From NCBI GenBank assembly GCA_043228905.1, contig JBHGNT010000021.1, positions 4,712,001 through 4,776,000 on the forward strand: DNA of 64,000 nt, written 5' to 3'. Source of the DNA: Azolla caroliniana (Eukaryota > Plantae > Polypodiophyta). Below the pieces are notes generated by a model. That model ran no database searches, had not been told where the DNA came from, and saw only the letters and a list, made by a program, of their open reading frames with translations. How positions within the stretch are numbered: the first letter of the stretch is position 1; each line of letters begins with the position of its first letter. Positions 12,088 to 22,105 of the stretch are shown one piece after another. The position numbers and the translations under genes were made by a program.

Positions 12088-13863
12088 ATTCTCACTTGGG
12101 ACAAGAGTTCCCTCTTGTTCCTTTCGTGATTTGCCGGCACCGTTAGGAATTGGACGGATTTCCCTCCGTTTTGGCTCCGAATTCGCGCAAAAGCCGCACC
12201 ACTATCGAGCACCTTCGTCTCCATCCGTGAAGCCGTGATAAAGGGTTGGCCGAGGATGACAGAATGTGAAACCTCATCCTGCACAAAGAAATTTTGGTCA
12301 ATTTCGACATCCCCGATCTTTACCGTCACATCCGGACAAGCCGCAAATAGGTCTTCTGTCGTTTTCGTGGCTGCCCGAATCTTCCATCCATGGTTGGTGT
12401 TTATAGGCCACTTCCCCTTTCGGTAGAACTCCTTGGACATCAAGTTGATCTCCGATCCGTGATCAATCAATGCTAGCACGGGTTCTTTGATGCTGCCGAT
12501 TCGGACCGGAGTCTCCGTAGTCGCACGTGCCCAGTGTGGCCTTGTATAGTGGGAGTTCGGAATTTCGCCTTCCACTTCGGTGTCGTTCATTGAAACGGTA
12601 TTTGCATTCACCCTTGGAGCATTTTCCTCCGTACTTTGTCTCTTCCTTTTCACGAGATCCACGAGAAGATCGTGAAACTCCTTCTTCGCTATTCCGAGTA
12701 GTTCCCGCAGCGAAAAATCTACCCGGCTATCCAAGATTCTTTCCTCGAACACTCTTTTCAAGTCGGTTTGTTGTTCTATGTCCGAGGCGAGCTTGAATGC
12801 CGGAGTCGCCTTTTCTTTTCCCTTACCTCCGGAGTTCCAGCTTTCCGGTATCTTCGATGGTCCGGCCGCATCCTCCGTGCGCCGTCGTTTCTCGTCCACA
12901 TACACCTCATGTAATTGACACAGGGCGTATATGCTATTCTTGTCGACAGGGCACTCCCATCCCGTAGCTTCCCGGACGCCTTCCGCGGTGTTTCGGATAT
13001 CGTTGGAGTCGGTTTTCTCGGTGTTTCCTAGCACCTCCGGCCAGAAAGACGCCTTCGCTCCCGTTGACTCCCCGACACATATTCCCGCGGTTGTCGCATA
13101 GTTGCTTCTTGCCGCTAACTCCTCCTCGAGCACCTTCTTCATGCCGCCTTTCCGGAAGTTCGGTCGGAGTGGCTTCCGAGAGTCCATCGAATGAATCCGG
13201 TTTCCCTCGTAGTAGATGAGATCCCGTCGTAGCGCCTCCTTATGGTCGTCGCAATCCCTCCGATCGTGTTCGGCGCTATCGCACCATATGCACCGTCGAT
13301 CCGTATATTTGGAGCTTGTGGGACGGTCATCCGACTTCTTCACCATCGCGATCTTTAGATTCTCCATCTCCTTCAGCAGCTGCTCCACCGTAGACGCGTC
13401 GACTCCCTTCTCGGCCGTAATCTCCCGAGCCCTCGGTTGATGGTCTTCCAGTCCCGTTCTCGGTTTCGGAATCAGTTCCGAAACCCTCTTTTCTTCGTTG
13501 GCAAGCCATTGCCCCCTCTTCGTGTACCGCGCGACGATATCCCGCACGCTTTCCCATGTTTCGGTGAGGCCGCTTTCGGTGGTCGTGTCCTCAAGAAGCA
13601 CTCCGAGATCTTTCCGGTCCCGGACGTCCACAGCTCGCAAAAACATGATGACTTTGTCCGGTGCAAGAATAGTTTGATCTCTCGCGGACAACCTCCCGAA
13701 CCGACTTTCGAATGTCGAAAACACTTCGAGGACCTTCAGCCCCTTACCTGACGTTTCCACCCAATCCTCGAATCCCCTCCGCGTTGCCTTGGAGGAGTCC
13801 TCGATGGCAAACGTGGTCTTTAACGCCTCTTCAAATGCTTCCCACGTCGGATTTTGTTGTTGC

Positions 13864-14126
13864 TGATGAAAACAATGCTCGGACACAACCGAGGAATAGG
13901 ATCAACTCACAGAAAACAGGAAATACAAAATGCACAAAACAATAGAGAGAAAGGTACGCTGGATGTTTTGCGTGGAAAACCCTAAATGGGAAAAACCACG
14001 GGAGTCCTCAAACTCCAAACTATCACTATGAACAGGGATGTACACTGGTGAAGCTACAAGGCAACAACCTTGAGCTCACTGTCTTCGCCACAGGCGGCGG
14101 CAATACACAGAGGCAACGACCTCTTC

Positions 14127-14157
<31 letters not shown>

Positions 14158-17100
14158 CTGCTCTCACTTTGCATAAACTGAGCAACAACAGTTAAACTGT
14201 TTGCCCTAAGTCATATTTATACACATATGACTTTCGGGCTTTTTACAAATATAGCCGCAGGGGCTCTTGGAAAACATATTCACAGATATGTCCCCGCATC
14301 CGGATCTCTCTCCGGGTACATTCATCATCCGGCTCCGTAACCGGGGTCTTCATCATCATCCGGCTCCGTAACCGGAACCGGGCTTGCCGTCATCCGGATC
14401 TCTCTCCGGGTACATTCGTCATCCGGCTCCGTAACCGCAACCGGGCTTGCCGTCATTCATCTCCGGACATCCCATCCGGAGGGACCGAAAATCCCAACAA
14501 ACTCCCCCTTCACTTCGGCATGGGATGTCTCTCCAACCCGATCCTCTTCCGGCATGCTTCCAGTTTGTCGGGTGTGAGCACCTTGGTCAGCATATCCGAC
14601 CCGTTCTCGTCCGTGTGGATCTTCGTCAGCACGAACTCCTTGTCTTCTATCCTTTCCCGGATCCAGTGGTATCTACGCTGGATGTGTTTCGTCCGGGAAT
14701 GGTAGGCCGCGTTCCTTGCAAGGTGGATGGCACTCTGACTATCGCAGTAGAGCCGGTACTCCTCCTGCCGGATACCGAGCTCTCTAATGAAGTCCTTCAT
14801 CCAAATTATTTCCTTGCCGGCTTCAACAGCTGCCATGTACTCCGCCTCCGTGGTTGACAACGCAACCGTCTTCTGCAGCCTCGACTGCCACGAAACGGCT
14901 CCCCCTGCATAGGTCATCACATACCCTGATGTGGACCGGCTGGTATCTGCATCAGCCGACATATCCGAATCGGTGAAGCCGTCGAGTTCGGGCTTACCGG
15001 AGCCGAATCGGAGGCACACGTTTGCAGTGCCCTTCAGGTATCGGAGTATCCACTTGACCGCGTTCCAGTGTTCTTTGCCAGGGTTGCTCATGTACCGGCT
15101 AACCACTCCGACTGCATATCCTATGTCCGGTCTCGTACACACCATGGCGTACATCAAGCTCCCGACGGCTGAGGCATATGGCACTTTCATCATATCCTCC
15201 TTTTCAGCCTTTGTCTTGGGACTTTGCTTGCTGGACAACTTGCAGTTTGCCGGGAGAGTTGATCCGACCGGCCTTGCTTCCGACATGTTGAACCGTTGAA
15301 GCACCTTTGTCACGTACTTCTCTTGTGACAGCCACAACTGCTTCTTGCTCCGGTCCCGGATGATGTGCATCCCTAGTATTTGTCTCGCCGGACCCAAGTC
15401 CTTCATTGAGAAGGTTCGGTGAAGAGCCTTCTTCAGCATCCGTATCTTGACCTGGTCCCGTCCGACGATCAACATGTCGTCCACGTACAGGAGGAGTATT
15501 AGAGAGTCTCCTCCTTCGAACTTCTTCACAAACACGCAGTGATCGGACTGCGTTTTGTTGTACCCTTCGTCGGTCATGAAGGAGTCGAACTTCCGGTACC
15601 ATTGCCGGGGAGCCTGCTTCAGTCCGTAAAGGCTCTTCTTCAACCGGCATACCAGGTGCTCCTTCCCTTTCTTCTCGAATCCATCCGGTTGCTGCATGTA
15701 GATCTCTTCCTCGAGGTCACCGTGAAGGAATGCCGTCTTCACGTCCATCTGTTCTACCTCGAGGTCCATGCTTGCCGCTATGCTCAGCACCGTCCGGATG
15801 GAGGTCATCTTCACTACCGGGGCAAATATCTCGTCGAAGTCGACGCCCTTCTTCTGCTGGAACCCCTTCACCACGATCCTGGCTTTGTATCTCGGGGGGT
15901 TTCCGGCATCTCCCGGTTTCAGCTTGAACACCCACTTGTTTCGAAGTGCCCGCTTTCCTTTCGGCAACTCCACAAGTTCATATGTGTGGTTCTCATGCAG
16001 GGAATCCATCTCGTCCTGCATGGCACTCAACCACCTGCGGCTCTGGGTGTCATGCTTTGCTTCTTCAAAGCTCTCCGGCTCCCCTTCGTCGGTCAGCAGC
16101 ACGTGCTCTGGTTCCGGAAATCTCCGGGGGGCCCTTCTCTCTCTTAGAGGATATCTCCGTTCCGGAGCTTCGGTAACCGGTTCTTCCGATTCTTCTTCAT
16201 CCGAATCCATTTCGGGATCGGGGCCGGTTCCGGTATCATTTTCATCTTCTTCGGCCGGTTCTGTTTCTTCACCGTCTTCGGCCGGATCCTCGAGTGCTAA
16301 CCGGTCTCTTGCCGGTCGGAACTGCTCCTCGTAGAGTTGATCCTCACTGGTCGACTTGGAGCTCTTCATCTTCTTCTCCGACTCCCAGTCGGCAAGTGTC
16401 TTGTCCTCCATGAAGATGATGTCTCGACTCCTGAATATCTTCTTGTCGACCGGGTCCCATACTCGGTAGCCGAACTCGTCGTCGCCGTAACCGAGGAATA
16501 TGCATGGCCGGGTCTTTGGATCTAACTTTCCTCTCCGGTCCTTTGCCACATGCACGTATGTGAGACACCCGAACACCTTCAGATGCCGGTAGGACACTTC
16601 CTTACCGGTCCACACTTTCTGCGGCGTGTCTCCGTCCAAAGGTACTGAGGGTGATCTATTTATCACATACGTCGCCGTCGACACTGCCTCAGCCCAAAAT
16701 CCCTTGGGTAGTTTCGCATGCGCCAGCATACTCCGGACCCTCTCCATTATGGTCCGGTTCATCCTCTCGGCCAGCCCGTTCAGTTCCGGCGTCTTCGGCA
16801 CAGTAAACTCGAGCCGGATTCCCTTCGAGCGACAGTACTCCTGGAACTGCCCCCGGTATTCCCCTCCGTTATCCGCTCGTATCGCTTTCAGCTTCTTGCC
16901 GGATTCCCTTTCCACTCTCGCGTGGAGTTCTTTGAAGATGGACAACACTTGGTCCTTTGTCTTCAACGGCGCCGTCCACAGCTTCCGGCTGTGATCATCA
17001 ATGAAAGTCACGAAGTACTGGGCTCCGCCATGTGACTTCGTTTCTACCTGACACACATCAGTGTGCACCAACTCCAATGGTGCGCTACGTCTCGTCGGTG

Positions 17101-19247
17101 GCCTTGAGTGGAAGGAGGTTCGGTTCTGTTTACCGGCCAGGCAATCGGTGCACTTCTCCAGATGCACATGCTTCACTGGAATGAGGTTGTCTTCTGCAAG
17201 CCTCTTCATCCCCTTCTCGCTCATGTGGCACAGTCTCTTGTGCCACAGCTCACCGGCAGTGTCGGCTGCCACATTCAGCTCTTCCGGACATAATCGGGCA
17301 TTCATCAGGTATAGAGTGTTGACTTTCCGGGCCCGAGCCACTATCAGGCTCCCTTTGCTGAACTTCATGACACCGTTCCGGATGCTACCCGTGTAGCCTT
17401 CATCATCTAGCCTCCCGGCCGAGATCAGGTTCAATCGGACCTCCGGAACGTGTCGCACATCCTTCAACAGCATCTTGCATCCGGTTGATGTCAACAGCCA
17501 CACGTCTCCTATGCCGGCTATCCGGCACGTACCTTCATTTCCCATCCGGACACAGCCGTGCTCACCGGCTGTGTAGGATGAGAAGTATTTCTTCTCCGGG
17601 GTCAGGTGGAACGACGCTCCGGAATCGACCACCCAGGTCATCTCTTCACCGGCAAGGTTCAGCTCCCTCTCTTCGGTAATGAGCATTATCTCTTCTTCAC
17701 TTGCCGCGAGTGCCATCGTTCCTTTCCGGTCCTGCCCTCGCCGATCCTGACCTCTCCGGTCCGTGGCTCCCCGGTATGCACCGTTTATCTCCGGTGACTT
17801 CTTCGAATCGGTGTCGACGGCTCCGTTATCTTTTCGGTAATGCCGACAATTCTTCCGGAAGTGCCCCGGCTTCCCACAGTGGAAGCACGTTGGCCTTCCT
17901 CTTGACTGCGACCGGGTCCCCGACTTCTCCCGTCTTTGCGGACTCCGGTTCCAGTGTCTTCCCCGTTCCGATTCGGTAAGCAGCGCCTTCGAGTCGGAGG
18001 CCGGTTCTTTATCTCTCCGACGCGCTTCTTCGTTCAAAATACTTGTCTTTACCGTTTGTAGGGACAAGTTATCTTCCGTGCATGAGGTGCTGAGAGTCAC
18101 CACCAAGTTCTCCCAGCTGTCCGGCAATGTACACATCAGGATGATGGCTTGCATTGCATCCTCCAACGGGAACTTGATCGCCGCAAGCTGGTTCACGAAT
18201 CCCATGAACGTGCTTACGTGTTCTACCATACTCTCGCCGTCCCGGTACTTGAGATTCACAATCTTCCTCATCAGGGAGGTCCGGTTCAACGCATTCTTCC
18301 TCTCGTAGAGGCCCGACAGCTTCTTCCACATCTCATATGCGTTGGTGTCATTCGCCACATGTTGTAGGACGCTTACATCGACATATTGTCGGATCGTCGC
18401 TACGGCTTTCCGGTTCAGGAGCTTCCACTCCGACTCAAGTACTCCCTTCGGTATTTCCGACCTGTCAATCGGTTCGTACAGGTCCCGAACAATCAGAAGA
18501 TCCTCCATCTTGATCTTCCAGTCTGCGTAATTCTGTGCATTCAGCACCATCATTCCCGGCTGCCCGCTGCCGCCGCTTTCCATTTTCTGCAGCAGTTCGC
18601 TCTGATACCAGTTTGATGAAAACAATGCTCGGACACAACCGAGGAATAGGATCAACTCACAGAAAACAGGAAATACAAAATGCACAAAACAATAGAGAGA
18701 AAGGTACGCTGGATGTTTTGCGTGGAAAACCCTAAATGGGAAAAACCACGGGAGTCCTCAAACTCCAAACTATCACTATGAACAGGGATGTACACTGGTG
18801 AAGCTACAAGGCAACAACCTTGAGCTCACTGTCTTCGCCACAGGCGGCGGCAATACACAGAGGCAACGACCTCTTCGTCTCTCTCTCTCTCTCTCTCTCT
18901 CTCGGCTGCTCTCACTTTGCATAAACTGAGCAACAACAGTTAAACTGTTTGCCCTAAGTCATATTTATACACATATGACTTTCGGGCTTTTTACAAATAT
19001 AGCCGCAGGGGCTCTTGGAAAACATATTCACAGATATGTCCCCGCATCCGGATCTCTCTCCGGGTACATTCATCATCCGGCTCCGTAACCGGGGTCTTCA
19101 TCATCATCCGGCTCCGTAACCGGAACCGGGCTTGCCGTCATCCGGATCTCTCTCCGGGTACATTCGTCATCCGGCTCCGTAACCGCAACCGGGCTTGCCG
19201 TCATTCATCTCCGGACATCCCATCCGGAGGGACCGAAAATCCCAACA
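13864..19247 (-). mobile_element. Element D: intact, very recent Ty1/Copia retrotransposon
   Basis: LTRs 13864-14499 and 18614-19247 differ visibly only by one CT unit. TSD GTTGC at 13859-13863 and 19248-19252; tRNA-iMet PBS TGGTATCAGAGC at 18610-18599; PPT 14501-14510. Confidence 0.97.
14510..18583 (-). CDS. Copia gag-pol polyprotein, uninterrupted
   Basis: CFHCGKPGHFRKNC knuckle, WVVDSGAS protease, LWHKRLCH..VHTDV..RADNGGEY integrase, LLLYVDDML RT, GFTDSD RNase H. The likely start is MESGG at 18583, downstream of the PBS. Confidence 0.95.
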   Translation of the reverse strand: MESGGSGQPGMMVLNAQNYADWKIKMEDLLIVRDLYEPIDRSEIPKGVLESEWKLLNRKAVATIRQYVDVSVLQHVANDTNAYEMWKKLSGLYERKNALNRTSLMRKIVNLKYRDGESMVEHVSTFMGFVNQLAAIKFPLEDAMQAIILMCTLPDSWENLVVTLSTSCTEDNLSLQTVKTSILNEEARRRDKEPASDSKALLTESERGRHWNRSPQRREKSGTRSQSRGRPTCFHCGKPGHFRKNCRHYRKDNGAVDTDSKKSPEINGAYRGATDRRGQDRRGQDRKGTMALAASEEEIMLITEERELNLAGEEMTWVVDSGASFHLTPEKKYFSSYTAGEHGCVRMGNEGTCRIAGIGDVWLLTSTGCKMLLKDVRHVPEVRLNLISAGRLDDEGYTGSIRNGVMKFSKGSLIVARARKVNTLYLMNARLCPEELNVAADTAGELWHKRLCHMSEKGMKRLAEDNLIPVKHVHLEKCTDCLAGKQNRTSFHSRPPTRRSAPLELVHTDVCQVETKSHGGAQYFVTFIDDHSRKLWTAPLKTKDQVLSIFKELHARVERESGKKLKAIRADNGGEYRGQFQEYCRSKGIRLEFTVPKTPELNGLAERMNRTIMERVRSMLAHAKLPKGFWAEAVSTATYVINRSPSVPLDGDTPQKVWTGKEVSYRHLKVFGCLTYVHVAKDRRGKLDPKTRPCIFLGYGDDEFGYRVWDPVDKKIFRSRDIIFMEDKTLADWESEKKMKSSKSTSEDQLYEEQFRPARDRLALEDPAEDGEETEPAEEDENDTGTGPDPEMDSDEEESEEPVTEAPERRYPLRERRAPRRFPEPEHVLLTDEGEPESFEEAKHDTQSRRWLSAMQDEMDSLHENHTYELVELPKGKRALRNKWVFKLKPGDAGNPPRYKARIVVKGFQQKKGVDFDEIFAPVVKMTSIRTVLSIAASMDLEVEQMDVKTAFLHGDLEEEIYMQQPDGFEKKGKEHLVCRLKKSLYGLKQAPRQWYRKFDSFMTDEGYNKTQSDHCVFVKKFEGGDSLILLLYVDDMLIVGRDQVKIRMLKKALHRTFSMKDLGPARQILGMHIIRDRSKKQLWLSQEKYVTKVLQRFNMSEARPVGSTLPANCKLSSKQSPKTKAEKEDMMKVPYASAVGSLMYAMVCTRPDIGYAVGVVSRYMSNPGKEHWNAVKWILRYLKGTANVCLRFGSGKPELDGFTDSDMSADADTSRSTSGYVMTYAGGAVSWQSRLQKTVALSTTEAEYMAAVEAGKEIIWMKDFIRELGIRQEEYRLYCDSQSAIHLARNAAYHSRTKHIQRRYHWIRERIEDKEFVLTKIHTDENGSDMLTKVLTPDKLEACRKRIGLERHPMPK

Positions 19248-19523
19248 GTTGCAACCCGTGGATACTCCCTTGAAGCCCGTCGGTCGCCACCCGGTTAAAG
19301 GATGTCACTTGCAGTCCTTCCGAAGCCCGGCACCGGAGCATCTCCGCCTTGTAGTCCTGCAAATATTGCGACACATCCTTACCATTAAATTGCCCGTTGC
19401 GTTGCACGAGCCGCTCTACTGATGCCGAAATCTCCGACATCGTGCGTTGTTCTTGAAGCATCCGTTCGAACATCGCCATCATATTGTTAGCTTGTTGAGC
19501 CTCCATCTCCTTGCCACCCGTCT

Positions 19524-19540
19524 TCACGTCGGGTTCACCA
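19524..19540 (-). promoter_or_regulatory. tRNA-Trp primer binding site (also at 50795-50807, 55125-55141 and 60301-60317)
   Basis: TGGTGAACCCGACGTGA is complementary to the plant cytosolic tRNA-Trp 3' end (..TCACGTCGGGTTCACCA, recalled from memory). Confidence 0.85.
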
Positions 19541-21464
19541 ACTGTGTCGTGCCTTTCGGCTCCGGATCGTTGCGTGAGTCGGGTGGGAACCACAGAGGTC
19601 TTGGACTAGGAGAAAGAAGTTCGTGAGATAGAGATTAATTATGAGTAACTAGCAAAGAGAAAGATAAGAAACTCGTGAATCACACGAGCATACTATATTA
19701 ATTGGTACTTAGGGTGTTAAGAAAGAAGTAGATGTATAAATCGTGAATCCCACGAATAATTTTTGTATTGATTAATTCCTAATCCAAATAATCAACAACC
19801 CTTTACATATTTCTCTCCTCCTTATATAAGGAAGGAAGAGCTAAGCATGGCTTCATGCTTTTTTTTTACAAAAAGTGTTCATGTCCACTAAATGTGCATG
19901 TGATGCTTTTTTTATTTCCTAAGTATAGGGCTCATGCACGCTAGATGTGCATGATTTATTTTTTAGTGTCTCGTGTTTTTTCTTTTTCATATATTAAAGA
20001 AATACACGATTTACCTTTTAATAAAGGTATGCATAAATAAAGGTCTTATACATATTAAATCTATATTTAAAACACTTAAGATAATTTAATGTAATGGTAA
20101 GGTTGGGGTTTGTCAACGTGGAGGTGCAGAGTTCGAATCACGCCCTGCGCAGTAGTGAGTATTTCCTTTCTTTTTACATTTATGTCTCTTTATCCGGCTC
20201 TTCCTTGCCGGTATGCCGTTTCTTCCTTGACGGTATGCCGTTTTCCTCCTTGCCGGTATGCCGTTTTCTTCCGGTTCTCACCGAGCACTCCATTCTCTAT
20301 CCGGAGGGACAAAAATATAATTTTCACATAGTGTGCAACCTACACTACGACACTCGCCCCCTCCAAACCCGCACATCCTCCGGTATGTGCCGAAGTTCTT
20401 GATTCTTCGTATCCGTCTTCATCCGAAGCTTCCTCCGATTCTCCCCTTATGTCGACTATGAGTTGTAATCCACTTTCTTCGCTTCCCGCATCATTGTGGT
20501 CTTCGTCCGATAAAAAGGATTTATGCAGGAAACGTTGTCGTGCCTTTCGGCTCCGGATCGTTGCGTGAGTCGGGTGGGAACCACAGAGGTCTTGGACTAG
20601 GAGAAAGAAGTTCGTGAGATAGAGATTAATTATGAGTAACTAGCAAAGAGAAAGATAAGAAACTCGTGAATCACACGAGCATACTATATTAATTGGTACT
20701 TAGGGTGTTAAGAAAGAAGTAGATGTATAAATCGTGAATCCCACGAATAATTTTTGTATTGATTAATTCCTAATCCAAATAATCAACAACCCTTTACATA
20801 TTTCTCTCCTCCTTATATAAGGAAGGAAGAGCTAAGCATGGCTTCATGCTTTTTTTTTACAAAAAGTGTTCATGTCCACTAAATGTGCATGTGATGCTTT
20901 TTTTATTTCCTAAGTATAGGGCTCATGCACGCTAGATGTGCATGAGTTATTTTTTAGTGTCTCGTGTTTTTTCTTTTTCATATATTAAAGAAATACACGA
21001 TTTACCTTTTAATAAAGGTATGCATAAATAAAGGTCTTATACATATTAAATCTATATTTAAAACACTTAAGATAATTTAATGTAATGGTAAGGTTGGGGT
21101 TTGTCAACGTGGAGGTGCAGAGTTCGAATCACGCCCTGTGCAGTAGTGAGTATTTCTTTTCTTTTTACATTTATGTCTCTTTATCCGGCTCTTCCTTGCC
21201 GGTATGCCGTTTCTTCCTTGACGGTATGCCGTTTTCCTCCTTGCCGGTATGCCGTTTTCTTCCGGTTCTCACCGAGCACTCCATTCTCTATCCGGAGGGA
21301 CAAAAATATAATTTTCACATAGTGTGCAACCTACACTACGACAACGTGTTGGACGAAATCAATACGAGGAGCATCCCATTCATCTTCTTGATGTACCTCA
21401 GGTATTTACATTTATCTCAACATTTGTTTTGACTCTACACGGAAAGTTAATTAGCTCAGTTAGC

Positions 21465-22105
21465 AGAAAAGCTAATTAGCTTATCAGTTACATTTACCTC
21501 AGTTACCTACTAGGATAGCTACTACATAGGTAACTGGCTACTCTCAATAGCTACTACCATGATAGCTAATTAGCTATTCTCAATAGCTAATTTAGGTACT
21601 ACCAAATAATTAGGTGTCCTGGTAGCTAGTTAGCTATTTCGTTATTACCAGCTATTTAGCTACTATGAAAGCTAATTAGCTACCATGATAGCTAATTACC
21701 TTACTAGGACAGCTAATTAGCCACCATGATAGCCAATTAGCTACCATGATAGCTAATTAGTTACTAGGAAAGCTAATTAGCTACCATGATAGCTAATTAG
21801 CTACTAGGAAAGCTAATTAGCTAATTAGTTACTAGGAAAGCTAATTAGCTACCGTGATAGCTAATTAGCTACCAAGATAGCTAATTAGCCACCATGATAG
21901 CTAATTAGCTACCATGATAGCTAATTAGCTACTAGACCAGCTAATTAGCTACCATGATAGCTAATTAGTTACTAGGAAAGCTAATTAGCCACCATGATAG
22001 CTAATTAGCTACTAGAATAGCTAATTAGCTACTAGAATAGCTAATTAGCTACTAGAATAGCTAATTAGCTACTAGGATAGTTAGCTAGTTACGAGAATAA
22101 CTAAT
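21465..22105. repeat. Array of palindromic TAGCTAATTAGCTA units (~20-bp period) filling the transposase intron
   Basis: Dozens of AGCTAATTAGCT copies separated by ACCATGAT, ACTAGGAA or ACTAGAAT spacers. Confidence 0.95.

Larger units (their letters stand above)
12078..19506 (-). pseudogene. gag: gag-protease of element C, split by Copia D
   Basis: MEAQQANN...GQFNGKDVSQYL...IHGLQ (19506-19248) joins QQNPTWEAFEE... (13858-12078). Zn knuckle CIWCDSAEHDRRDC; protease LIDHGSEINL. Confidence 0.9.
7681..21343 (-). mobile_element. Element C: young non-chromovirus Ty3/Gypsy with three 808-bp LTRs, tRNA-Trp PBS and 4-bp TSD ACGT
   Basis: LTRs 7681-8488, 19545-20352 and 20536-21343, with only 3 differences found by eye. 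TSD at 7677-7680 and 21344-21347; PPT 8489-8500; PBS 19524-19540. Confidence 0.95.

Noticed and set aside
18584-18685. N-terminal extension of the 1391-aa ORF, and the MSEHCFHQ start of ORF 12078-13886
   Set aside because: Both run into Copia LTR or PBS sequence and are artefacts of ORF calling.
14447-18735. Many overlapping antisense ORFs over D (likewise over C, G, H and I)
   Set aside because: Expected shadows of GC-rich coding or repetitive sequence; no domains recognised.
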